DNA from: Candidatus Eiseniibacteriota bacterium
GTDB lineage: Bacteria > Eisenbacteria > RBG-16-71-46
DNA length: 64,000 nucleotides
Direction of reading: 5' to 3'
Assembly: GCA_038231135.1 (NCBI GenBank)
Contig: JBBRLX010000004.1
Coordinates: 128,001 to 192,000 of the forward strand
Shown: positions 47,103 to 55,023 of the stretch, in pieces
Position numbering within the stretch: position 1 is the first letter of the stretch
Layout: each line of letters starts with the position of its first letter
Notes under the pieces: generated by a model
The model's input: the letters and a program-made list of their open reading frames with translations, nothing else
Database searches by the model: none
What the model was told of the DNA's origin: nothing
Made by a program: the position numbers and the translations under genes

Positions 47103-48218
47103 TTACCAGCTTAGGCTTAGGGACACCAGGTGGGTGGTGTCGAGCTCCTGGTCGCCGGCGAAGTCGGGCGCGCTCCGGGCGAAGAACCGATTGAGCTGGG
47201 CGGCGTAGTCGGCGCCGAAGTGCTTGTAGCGCAGGCCCGCGCCGAACGCGAGGTCGCTGCCGGACACCCCGGAGCGTAGCGCGAACGTGTTGTGGTACCA
47301 GTATTCGAGCCCGGTATGCAGGTCCCACGTCTGGCCGCCGGCACTGAGCTGGCTATCCAGCTTCCGACGCTCGAAGCCCCAGCCGAGGTCGACACCGAGC
47401 GTCAACGCGTGACCCGGAGCCGGAAAGAAATTGAATGCGGCGCCGGTGTCGATCGTGGGCACGATCAGCTCGCGGGTGCCGTTGCTCCACGACAGGTACG
47501 TGGTCGTGAGGTCGTGGATCGTGGCGCCGAACGTGACCGCGTCACTCGGCATGTACAGCCCGCCCACATCGACGCCGGCGCCGAACGACGTCACGTGATC
47601 GCCGGGCAGCGTGTCCGGGATGCTCTGGTGGACGAACTTCACATTGCCGCCGAACGCCCATCGCGTGCCACGCTGATGCGCGAACGACACCAGCACCGCG
47701 GCGTCGCTGGCGCTGCTCATGTACAGGTCGTCCGGGCCGAGCAGCAGGCGCTCGCCCGGATCCCACACGCCGTTCCCCTGCCCGTTGCCGGGCGTGGTTG
47801 GGTCGTTGTCGGTGCCGAAGTCGAGGAAGTCGCGCCCCGCCACGAGTCCCCCCGGACGCGGGGTGATGGGAATATTGTCCGTAGACAGCCGGATCAGCGA
47901 CACGCCGAGCGCCGAGCGCTTGGTCTTCTCGCCGCCGAGCGGCATCACCATGCTGAGGTAGTCGTGGTTCAGGAGATTGCCGAACTTCTCCTGGTGCTCG
48001 AACATCACTTCCTTGTAGGGCAGGTACACCATGCCGGCGGGATTCCAGTACGACGCGGTCGCGTCGTCGGAAATCGCGGAGAACGCGCCGCCGAGGCCGA
48101 TGGCGCGCGGGCCGATCGGAATCTTGAGGAACTCACCCGCATATTTCGTGGCGAACGCGGGAACGGCGGCGAGCAGCGCGGCGACGGACAGGAACAGCGC
48201 GAATCGAAACCGTGTCAT
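47103..48218 (-). CDS. PorV/PorQ-family outer-membrane barrel
   Basis: Signal peptide; FLKIPIGPRAIGLGGAFSAISDDATASYWNPAG, the characteristic PorV/FadL-like N-terminus; terminal THLVSLSLSW. Confidence 0.85.
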   Translation of the reverse strand: MTRFRFALFLSVAALLAAVPAFATKYAGEFLKIPIGPRAIGLGGAFSAISDDATASYWNPAGMVYLPYKEVMFEHQEKFGNLLNHDYLSMVMPLGGEKTKRSALGVSLIRLSTDNIPITPRPGGLVAGRDFLDFGTDNDPTTPGNGQGNGVWDPGERLLLGPDDLYMSSASDAAVLVSFAHQRGTRWAFGGNVKFVHQSIPDTLPGDHVTSFGAGVDVGGLYMPSDAVTFGATIHDLTTTYLSWSNGTRELIVPTIDTGAAFNFFPAPGHALTLGVDLGWGFERRKLDSQLSAGGQTWDLHTGLEYWYHNTFALRSGVSGSDLAFGAGLRYKHFGADYAAQLNRFFARSAPDFAGDQELDTTHLVSLSLSW

Positions 48219-48276
48219 GAGCCCTCGTTGCGGGGTCGGCCGGATCGGAACACGAAAAGCCTAGGAGCCGCTGCGA

Positions 48277-48837
48277 TCAGATGTCAACCCGCGTGGGCAG
48301 CGGACGACCATCGAGCAGTCCCGTTTCCGCCAGCGGCTGGGCGACGCGCCATTCGCCCCTCACGTACAACACGTTCGTCATGACGTGCAACGAGCGCTCC
48401 TGTTCGCCACCCACCGGCTTGTAGTGCACTTCATAGGACACCACCACCTCGTTCTCGTCCACGGGAACGTACCGCAGTTGCTCGAGCCACAACGCATGCG
48501 TGTTGGGAAACGACCACAACATGCCCGGGAACGGCAGCATCTCGTCCGTCGCCACGGAGCACGCGGCGATCCGGTCGGGATCGTTGAGCTGGAGGCCCTC
48601 CCAGTAGGACGCCACCGCCGAACCCGGCGAACGCAACGACGGGTCGATCGAGCACCGCTCCCCCTGACCGAGCAGCGACAGCAGGGCGGCGAACATCACG
48701 AAGCAGCTGGCCCACGACGGGCCCGAGCGCTGACCGGGGCGCACGTGCTCGGCTTCCAGTTCTACCCCGCACGAGGGGGATTGGATTCGCGGATCTGCTT
48801 CGGACTGCGGGCGGGGAGGAATCCGGTGGAGTTGCAC
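48277..48837 (-). CDS. Hypothetical exported protein (possibly NTF2-like)
   Basis: Hydrophobic segment (CFVMFAALLSLL), SP..AV.SYW helix and terminal GEWRV strand. Start uncertain. Confidence 0.65.
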   Translation of the reverse strand: MQLHRIPPRPQSEADPRIQSPSCGVELEAEHVRPGQRSGPSWASCFVMFAALLSLLGQGERCSIDPSLRSPGSAVASYWEGLQLNDPDRIAACSVATDEMLPFPGMLWSFPNTHALWLEQLRYVPVDENEVVVSYEVHYKPVGGEQERSLHVMTNVLYVRGEWRVAQPLAETGLLDGRPLPTRVDI

Positions 48838-48989
48838 GAGTGGGAATCGGACCTCTGAGTTGGGTGGTGCCGGTGGCCGGCCGAAGAACCCTGACGTCCG
48901 TGCGGTTGCGCCACAGCGTCGTCACTGGAGTCAGCGCAGGTTCCGTTCCCCATTCCGGCCCTGGGTGGTAACTGCCCCACACCTCGTGC
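48834..48989. ncRNA. Candidate rod-shaped structured RNA or leader
   Basis: Nested complementary segments GCACGAG/CTCGTGC, TGGG/CCCA, GGCCGG/CCGGCC, GAACC/GGTTC, CTGAC/GTCAG, with a large internal bubble. No family assignment. Confidence 0.25.
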
Positions 48990-49086
48990 GGTGCATCACG
49001 CATGGCGCGTAATGGACAGGGCGGAAACAGCTTGAGCGTGGAGGCCGGGGGCGAATGCGAACCGCATGCCCCGGTTACCAGGCGAA

Positions 49087-51126
49087 TCAACCCCGGCGCG
49101 GTCCGCGTGCTGGGCGGGATCCGCCACGCGGGGGGCCACGGCGCGGTGGTTTTCCCATGGCTCCGCCACGCCGCGGCCCGGCGGATGACCGACCCGGCGG
49201 GACGCCAAAGCGGCCCGCGGCTGTACGGGAGGCAGGCCCTCCCGTGCGTGCCGGACCGGTCGATCGGCCGGAGCGGGCGGGGCCGGCGGATCGGCCGGAG
49301 CGGGCAGGGCCGGCGGACCGACCCGCACGGGGTCCCGCGGCGGGACGCCCGGAGCGGCCGCCACCCAACGCCGATCCCGACCTGCCGGAACGCGGGATCG
49401 AACCGGCGCCAAAATTGGGCGTGCTACGCCTGCCGGCCGGCACACCGCCGCTTCGCGCGAAGCCCGATCGAACCCGATCGCCCGTTGCGTTCGCGCCGGC
49501 CCGCGGACCGCGCCCTCGCGGGGCGCCACCCGCCGAGCGCGACCCCGCACCGGAACCGCGGGGGCTCGCACTGGAACCGCGCGATCCCGCACCGGAACCG
49601 CGGGGGCCCGCACTGGAACCGCGCGATCCCGCGCCGGAACCGCGGGGGCCCGCACTGGAACCGCGCGAGCCCGCGCCGGAACCGCGGGGCCCGCCGCGCG
49701 ATCCACGCCGGCCGTCGTATGCGCCACCCCGATCCTCGCGCGAGCGGCTGCCCGCACCGCGGAAGCCACCCGGTCGCGGGCCACGTTCCCCGGCCGGACT
49801 CGGACGTTCCGCGCGCGGGCCGCGAACTGCGCCGCCGCGTGGGCCACCGCGATCGCCGGGCGAGTCCGGACGCGCCGCGCGTGGGCCGCGCGGTGCGCCG
49901 CCGCGCGCGGGCGGCGGACCCGGATGGTCGGCTCGCGGTCGGAATTCGCCGCCGCGCGCGCCGGCACGTTCGCGCCGTTCCGGACGATCCTCGCGCGTGA
50001 CGGTGCCCTCACCGCCACCCGGCCGCCGCTCGGGGCCGCGCGATGGGCGTTCGTCGTACGCGCGTGCGCGCGCACCGCGATCCGCCACCGGCCGTGGTCG
50101 CGACGGCCGCGGACCGCCGCGTGACGACGGGACTCCGGTCCGCGGACCGCCGCGTGCCGACGGGGCTCCGGTCCGCGGACCGCCGCGTGACGACGGGGCT
50201 CCGGTCCGCCGGTCGTCGCGCGGCTCCGCGGTCGGATCGCGATAGCCCATGTAGCCCGCGTCGTCATCGGTGTCGCCGAGCTCCGGTTCCGGCGCGCTCC
50301 CGGCCGCGGCGATCGCCGCGCGGCGGGCGGCATTCCGGTCGGTCGCCTGCCGGCGCTGGTCGCGATCGAATTGCGTGAGCCGGGGTCCGCGCCGCGCTCC
50401 GCTCGGGCGCGCCGACGCGGCGCGCAGGCGCGCGACCTCGTCCTCCGACAACTCGCGCCACATCCCGCGCGGCAGCGGTCCCAGCCGCACCGGCCCGTAG
50501 CCGGCACGATGGAGCGTGAGCACGCGCAGTCCCACCGCTTCGCACATGCGGCGCACCTGGCGGTAGCGGCCCTCGTGAATCGTGATCGCCACCATGGTGC
50601 CCTGATCGGTGGTCTCCACGAGGTGCGCGCGCGCCGGCGCGCTGGTGACCCCGGGCTCGAATTCCACGCCGCGCTCGAGCTGGCGGAGCTGCCCCGGCGA
50701 CGGCTCGCGGTCGACCCGCACGCGATAGTGCTTCTCGACGCCGTAGCGGGGGTGCATGAGCCGATGGGCCAGCTCGCCGTCGTTGGTCAGGATCAGGAGA
50801 CCGCTGGTGTCCGCGTCGAGCCGGCCGACCGGAAACACCCGAGCGCCGGCCGGGAGGAATTCGCGCAGCGTGCGGCGCCCCTCCGGGTCGTCGAGCGTGG
50901 TGATCACGCCCACCGGCTTGTTGAGCGCGAAATACCGCAGCTCCGGCGCAGCGGGAATCCTGCGCCCGCGCACCTCCACGGAGTCACGTTCGGGTTGAAC
51001 CTGGGTGCCGGGCTCGCGCACCACCTCCCCGTTCACGCGCACCAGTCCTTCCTGGATCATCGCGTCACATTTCCGCCGGGCCCCGAGACCGCGCTGCGCG
51101 AGCAGCTTGTTGAGCCGAATCGTCAC
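49087..51126 (-). CDS. rluB: RsuA/RluB-family rRNA pseudouridine synthase with about 430-aa Arg/Gly-rich tail
   Basis: S4 domain (RLNKLLAQ.G…RR), NKPVGV, GRLDADTSGLL.LTNDG, EGR.RQVRRM. Located after scpAB. Confidence 0.92.
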   Translation of the reverse strand: MTIRLNKLLAQRGLGARRKCDAMIQEGLVRVNGEVVREPGTQVQPERDSVEVRGRRIPAAPELRYFALNKPVGVITTLDDPEGRRTLREFLPAGARVFPVGRLDADTSGLLILTNDGELAHRLMHPRYGVEKHYRVRVDREPSPGQLRQLERGVEFEPGVTSAPARAHLVETTDQGTMVAITIHEGRYRQVRRMCEAVGLRVLTLHRAGYGPVRLGPLPRGMWRELSEDEVARLRAASARPSGARRGPRLTQFDRDQRRQATDRNAARRAAIAAAGSAPEPELGDTDDDAGYMGYRDPTAEPRDDRRTGAPSSRGGPRTGAPSARGGPRTGVPSSRGGPRPSRPRPVADRGARARAYDERPSRGPERRPGGGEGTVTREDRPERRERAGARGGEFRPRADHPGPPPARGGAPRGPRAARPDSPGDRGGPRGGAVRGPRAERPSPAGERGPRPGGFRGAGSRSREDRGGAYDGRRGSRGGPRGSGAGSRGSSAGPRGSGAGSRGSSAGPRGSGAGSRGSSASPRGSGAGSRSAGGAPRGRGPRAGANATGDRVRSGFARSGGVPAGRRSTPNFGAGSIPRSGRSGSALGGGRSGRPAAGPRAGRSAGPARSGRSAGPARSGRSTGPARTGGPASRTAAGRFGVPPGRSSAGPRRGGAMGKPPRRGPPRGGSRPARGPRRG
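49245..49325 (-). repeat. 27-nt tandem repeat (PARSGRS[A/T]G) in the RluB tail
   Basis: Unit GATCGGCCGGAGCGGGC(G/A)GGGCCGGCG at 49262 and 49289, plus degenerate flanks. Confidence 0.8.
49550..49690 (-). repeat. 42-nt tandem repeat, about 3.3 copies (GSRGSSAGPRGSGA) in the RluB tail
   Basis: Units start at 49550, 49592, 49634 and (partial) 49676; each is built from two 21-nt halves. Confidence 0.9.
50107..50209 (-). repeat. 33-nt tandem repeat, 3 copies (RTGAPSSRGGP) in the RluB tail
   Basis: Unit CCGCGGACCGCCGCGTG(A/C)CGACGGG(A/G)CTCCGGT at 50107, 50140 and 50173. Confidence 0.9.
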
Positions 51127-52199
51127 CGTCGGCGTGTCGGCGGGGTCGTTCCCGCGACTACGGGCGTGACGGATCCGTTGCCGGCGCCGCCGCGGCCTTC
51201 GTTCACCAGCTCCTCGTCGTCGCCATCGTCGCCATCGTCGTCGTCGTTGTCGTCGAGATCGTCGTCGTCCTCGTCGTCGTCGAGGCCGGCGTCATCGTCG
51301 TCGTCGAGATCCTCGTCGTCGTCGTCGTCGGCGTCGTCCTCGTCGTCGTCGAGATCGTCGTCCTCGTCGTCGCGGGCGGCGGCGTCATCGTCAACCTCGT
51401 CGTACACCTCGTCGTCGATGATGCCGTCCTCGTCCGCCTCCCGTTTGCCGGGCAGCGTGTCCTCACGGATATCGAGCGATGCGTTCAATGTTCCCTCCCG
51501 GCGTTCGAGTTCCGCGTCGGCACGCTCGTCCGCCGTCGGCGGCTCGGCTTCGAGCGGCAATGCCTCGTGATGGCCGACCATGATCCCGCCGGCGGCTTCC
51601 GCCGCGGCCAGATCGGCGCCGACCTGCGACACCACTTCCAGCTCCATCATCTCCAGCTGCTCCGGCTCGCGCGCGGCGACGAGCGCACGCAACTCCTCGG
51701 GCCGCGGCAGTTCGGCGAGATCGCGCAGGCCGAAGTATTCGAGGAACTCCTGGGTGGTGCCGTACAGCAGCGGCCGGCCCACGACCTTCGAGCGGCCGCG
51801 AATCGTCACCAGGTTCCGCTCCATGAGCGTCGCCAGCACCCCGCTCGAATCGACGCCGCGGATCGCCTCGACCTCGGACTTCGTGACCGGCTGCTTGTAC
51901 GCGATGATCGCCATGGTCTCGAGCGCCGCGCGCGACAGCCGCATCCGGCGCTTGCCGCGCAGCAGGCGTCCGACCCATTCCGACTGCTGCGCCGTCGTCA
52001 CCAGCATCCATCCGCCGGCGATCTCGCGCAGCTCGACGCCGGCTTCGCGCGCCTGGTAAGCGCCGCCCAGCTCGTGGAGCCCTTCGAGCACCGCCTCGGG
52101 ACTCACGTCGAGGGCCTCGGTCAGGAGCCCGATCGGCAGCGGCTGATCGGACGAGAACAGCAGGGCTTCAATCGCCGCGTTCAGGCTGCTGGGAGGCAT
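51123..52199 (-). CDS. scpB: SMC-Scp complex subunit ScpB with acidic tail
   Basis: IEALLF, LSRAALET.AIIAYKQP, IRGVDS, GRPLLYGTT..FL.YFGL..L.ELP. Confidence 0.95.
   Translation of the reverse strand: MPPSSLNAAIEALLFSSDQPLPIGLLTEALDVSPEAVLEGLHELGGAYQAREAGVELREIAGGWMLVTTAQQSEWVGRLLRGKRRMRLSRAALETMAIIAYKQPVTKSEVEAIRGVDSSGVLATLMERNLVTIRGRSKVVGRPLLYGTTQEFLEYFGLRDLAELPRPEELRALVAAREPEQLEMMELEVVSQVGADLAAAEAAGGIMVGHHEALPLEAEPPTADERADAELERREGTLNASLDIREDTLPGKREADEDGIIDDEVYDEVDDDAAARDDEDDDLDDDEDDADDDDDEDLDDDDDAGLDDDEDDDDLDDNDDDDGDDGDDEELVNEGRGGAGNGSVTPVVAGTTPPTRRR
51210..51430 (-). repeat. GAC/GAG low-complexity tract encoding poly-Asp/Glu in ScpB
   Basis: (TCG)n-rich run on the plus strand; the protein reads DDEDDDLDDDEDDADDDDDED…. 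Confidence 0.9.
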
Positions 52200-53148
52200 G
52201 GATAGGGGTCTCCTGTTCGGTCCGTGGCAGAATCGTGATGTCGGCGAAATTCTCCGCCTGGATCACCCGTGCCTGTCCCAACTTGATCAGCTCGAGCAGC
52301 GCGATGAACGTAACGATCATCTCCGCCCGTCCGCGGCAGTCGTGCAGCAGGTCGGTGAACGACACGCTGCGCCGGTCCTCGAGCGCGTGCAGGATCAGCG
52401 CGATCTTGTCGTCGATGTCGAACGGCTCGCCCTGCACCTCGTAGAGCGGCTGCTCCACGGGCGCCCGCGCGAGCACGCGGTTCAGGGCGTCGAGCAGATC
52501 GAACAGCGTCGCGGGCGCGAGCGGGCGCGGGCCCGCCTCGTCCTCGGACGGTATCATGCCGCGCACGTGGAGCTGTCTGCGCTCCTCCTCCCGCAGCTTG
52601 AGAGTGTTCGCCGCCTCCTTGAACTGGCGGTACTCGAGCAGCCGCTGCACCAGCTCCTCGCGCGGGTCGCCCTCGTCCTCCTCCTCACCCAACGGCGGCA
52701 ACGGCAGCAGCATCTTGGCCTTGATGCGCATCAGCGTCGCCGCCACCACCAGGAACTCACCGGCGAGGTCGAGATCGAGCGACCGCATCAGCTCGATATA
52801 AGCGAGATACTGCGAGGTGATGTGCGCGATCGGGATGTCGTAGATGTCGATTTCATCGCGCTTGATGAGATGGAGCAGCAGGTCGAGCGGGCCTTCGAAG
52901 CGCTCGAGCTTGATGGTCACGGTGCCGGGCCGGGTGCCGGGAGCGGTCGAAGTGGGCCATGCCGAACCGGACGGCGCCGCCGTGGCGGCGGCGTCCGCGG
53001 CGGCGCGCCGGGCACGGGGACGCACACCGACCCGCGCCTCGAGCGCGGCGCGGTCCTCGGAGTCGGCGGGCGCCGGGGTGTCCCCGCCGTCGGACGCGGC
53101 GTCGGCTTCGAGCGCCTCGAGTTCGTGCTGCAGATCGTCCTTCGTCAT
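52168..53148 (-). CDS. scpA: Segregation/condensation protein A (kleisin)
   Basis: FEGPLDLLLHLI, DIYDIPIA.IT.QYL, EFLV.AATL..IK, DPR.ELV..LLEY, IVTF.ALLEL. Confidence 0.96.
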   Translation of the reverse strand: MTKDDLQHELEALEADAASDGGDTPAPADSEDRAALEARVGVRPRARRAAADAAATAAPSGSAWPTSTAPGTRPGTVTIKLERFEGPLDLLLHLIKRDEIDIYDIPIAHITSQYLAYIELMRSLDLDLAGEFLVVAATLMRIKAKMLLPLPPLGEEEDEGDPREELVQRLLEYRQFKEAANTLKLREEERRQLHVRGMIPSEDEAGPRPLAPATLFDLLDALNRVLARAPVEQPLYEVQGEPFDIDDKIALILHALEDRRSVSFTDLLHDCRGRAEMIVTFIALLELIKLGQARVIQAENFADITILPRTEQETPIHASQQPERGD

Positions 53149-54200
53149 CGCACCACCGCCGTGGAGGCCTTGAGCCCCATCGCGCTCCGAACCGCGTCCA
53201 TCGTCGCCACCGCCACGCCGCGCGCGCGCTTCGCGCCGTCGTTGAGGATGTCCCGCACGTCATCGGGCCGGGCCAGCAGCCGGGCACGGCGCTCGCGCAC
53301 CGGCGCCAGCGTGTCCGTCAGCACCTGCGCGAGATGCTTCTTGTCGGGCACGCATGCGAGTTCGCCCGCCCGGCAGGCCCTGGCGATGTCGTCCGCCCCG
53401 GCCGGATTGAACTTGCGGTGATACTCCCACACCACACACCCCGGATGCCCGTCCAAAGGGTCGGCCGCGGGCCGCCCGGGGTCGTTGGCGCGGAGCTTCT
53501 TGGGGTCGGTGTAGGCCTTCTTCACCTTGGCCTCGATCGCCTCGGGCGGGTCCGTGAGCAGGATCGTGTTGCCGACCGACTTGCTCATGCGGTGACTGTC
53601 GGTGCCCCGCAGCCGCGCGAACGCCGTGAGCATCACATCGGGCTCCGGGAACACCGGCTCGCGGTCCTTGCAGTAGAGGAAGTTGAAGCGCCGCGCGAGC
53701 TCGCGCGTCAGTTCGACGTGCGGCACCTGGTCCTCGCCCACCGGCACGTGCGTCGGCCGGTAGAGCAGAATGTCCGCCGCCTGCAGCACCGAGTAGCCCA
53801 GGTGACCGTAGGAGATGGTCTGCTCGTCCATGCCGAGATCGCGGATCTGCTCCTTGAGCGTCGGAATGCGCTCGAGCCGCGCCTTGCTCACGAGCATCGA
53901 CAGCAGCAGGTGGAGTTCGGCATGCTCCTTCACGTCCGATTGCACGAAGATCACGCTGTTCGCGGGCTCGAGCCCGGCGGCGATCCAGTCGACGACCATG
54001 TCGAACGTGTCCGACTGGAGGTTCGAGGTGTCCTCGTAGCCGGTCGTGAGCATGTGCCAGTCGGCCACCATGCAGAAGTTCTCCCAGCCCTCGTTCTGCA
54101 GCCGGATCCAGTTCTCGAGCGCACCGACGAAGTTGCCGAGGTGCATGCGGCCGGTCGGGCGCATGCCGGACAGGATGCGACCGCGGGCGCCGGAGGTCAT
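53145..54200 (-). CDS. trpS: Tryptophan-tRNA ligase
   Basis: SGMRPTG.MHLGN (HIGH-like), LQAADIL, VPVGEDQ, RMSKS. Confidence 0.97.
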   Translation of the reverse strand: MTSGARGRILSGMRPTGRMHLGNFVGALENWIRLQNEGWENFCMVADWHMLTTGYEDTSNLQSDTFDMVVDWIAAGLEPANSVIFVQSDVKEHAELHLLLSMLVSKARLERIPTLKEQIRDLGMDEQTISYGHLGYSVLQAADILLYRPTHVPVGEDQVPHVELTRELARRFNFLYCKDREPVFPEPDVMLTAFARLRGTDSHRMSKSVGNTILLTDPPEAIEAKVKKAYTDPKKLRANDPGRPAADPLDGHPGCVVWEYHRKFNPAGADDIARACRAGELACVPDKKHLAQVLTDTLAPVRERRARLLARPDDVRDILNDGAKRARGVAVATMDAVRSAMGLKASTAVVR

Positions 54201-54204
54201 CGCG

Positions 54205-54365
54205 CTCCCGCGAGCGTCCGGGTGAACTCACAGGCACCCGGGCCAAGTAGAGCGGCGGAACGGGAATGAGATGGATGATCGCCAGCGCGCAGTTCCACAG
54301 CACCCCCGAAGTACCCATGACGCGCAGCGGCGCCCAGAATCCCTGCGCGGGCGCGATGACCAGCG
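54205..54365 (-). pseudogene. Remnant of a site-2 protease (M50) gene in the trpS leader
   Basis: Reads MGTSGVLWNCALAIIHLIPVPPLYLARV, resembling M50 N..LA.FNLIP.PPLDG. No HEXXH part. M50 genes commonly precede trpS-scpAB. Confidence 0.55.
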
Positions 54366-54373
54366 GATCGAGC

Positions 54374-54402
54374 ACACTATCCGGAATCGTCATACGGGTC
54401 AA
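54374..54402 (-). promoter_or_regulatory. sigma70-type promoter for the trpS operon
   Basis: Minus strand TTGACC-N17-TAGTGT. Confidence 0.65.
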
Positions 54403-54409
54403 GCAGTTG

Positions 54410-54434
54410 CGGCTTCAAGTGACACTTGAAGCCG
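54410..54434. promoter_or_regulatory. Perfect 25-bp palindrome, putative operator
   Basis: CGGCTTCAAGTG-A-CACTTGAAGCCG: 12-bp arms with a 1-nt spacer, between divergent genes. Confidence 0.7.
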
Positions 54435-54498
54435 GACCCGCACCGCGCTGCCGATGAACGGTTGCCGGGCCCACGAACGATGGGATAGCGTGGCGGGC

Positions 54499-55023
54499 AT
54501 GGAGCGATCGGAACGCCCCGAGGACATGGTGGGTGAGCCGCTTCCCGACCTCTCGCTACCGGACGCGCACGGGCGGCCCTATCCGCTGCGCCAGCACTTG
54601 GGCCATGGCTCGCTCGTGCTGTTCTTCATCATCCGCAACGGCACTCCCGGCTGAGTGCGCGAGGCGCGCGAGTTTCGCGTGCACTACGACGAGTTCGTGC
54701 GCGACGGCGTTCACCTCGCCGGCGTGACGCGCGAGCCTCCGGACGCAAACCTGCGCTGGAGCGACCGGCTCCGGCTGCCCTACCCCATGCTGTCCGACAC
54801 GGACGGCATCGCGGCCCGGGCTCTCAAGGTGACGCGCCAGGTGAACCTCGGCGCCTGGAAACTCGACCTCGTGCGCCGCTGCACGCTGCTCGTCGACACC
54901 CCGGGCATCATCGCCGCGGTGTGGAGCCGGGTGCACATCCGCGGGCACGCGGCCGAGGTGCTGGCCGCGGCACGCGCGGCGAACGGCCTCAGTCGGGATT
55001 CGCCTTCACCACCAGCAGCGTGA
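54499..55023 (+). CDS. Selenocysteine-containing peroxiredoxin (BCP/PrxQ-like); TGA at 54652-54654 read as Sec
   Basis: ORFs 54454-54654 and 54655-55023 are in the same frame and join into one AhpC/TSA fold: VGEPLPDLSLPD…LVLFF…TPG*VRE…LPYPMLSD…R.TLLVD..G.I…GHA.EVL. The stop sits at the peroxidatic TxxC position. Confidence 0.88.
54655..54684 (+). promoter_or_regulatory. Putative bacterial SECIS element
   Basis: Stem GCGCGCGA/TCGCGTGC (54664-54682) with a GTT apical loop; the loop G lies 18 nt after the UGA. Confidence 0.65.

Noticed and set aside
48857..48972. TGGGTGGT motifs as T-box riboswitch elements
   Set aside because: They are on the plus strand with no downstream plus-strand gene, lack the full GGTGGNACCGCG, and are far from the trpS leader.
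49245..50209. Tandem repeats as a CRISPR array
   Set aside because: There are no unique spacers, the units are in-frame multiples of three inside rluB, and no cas genes are present.
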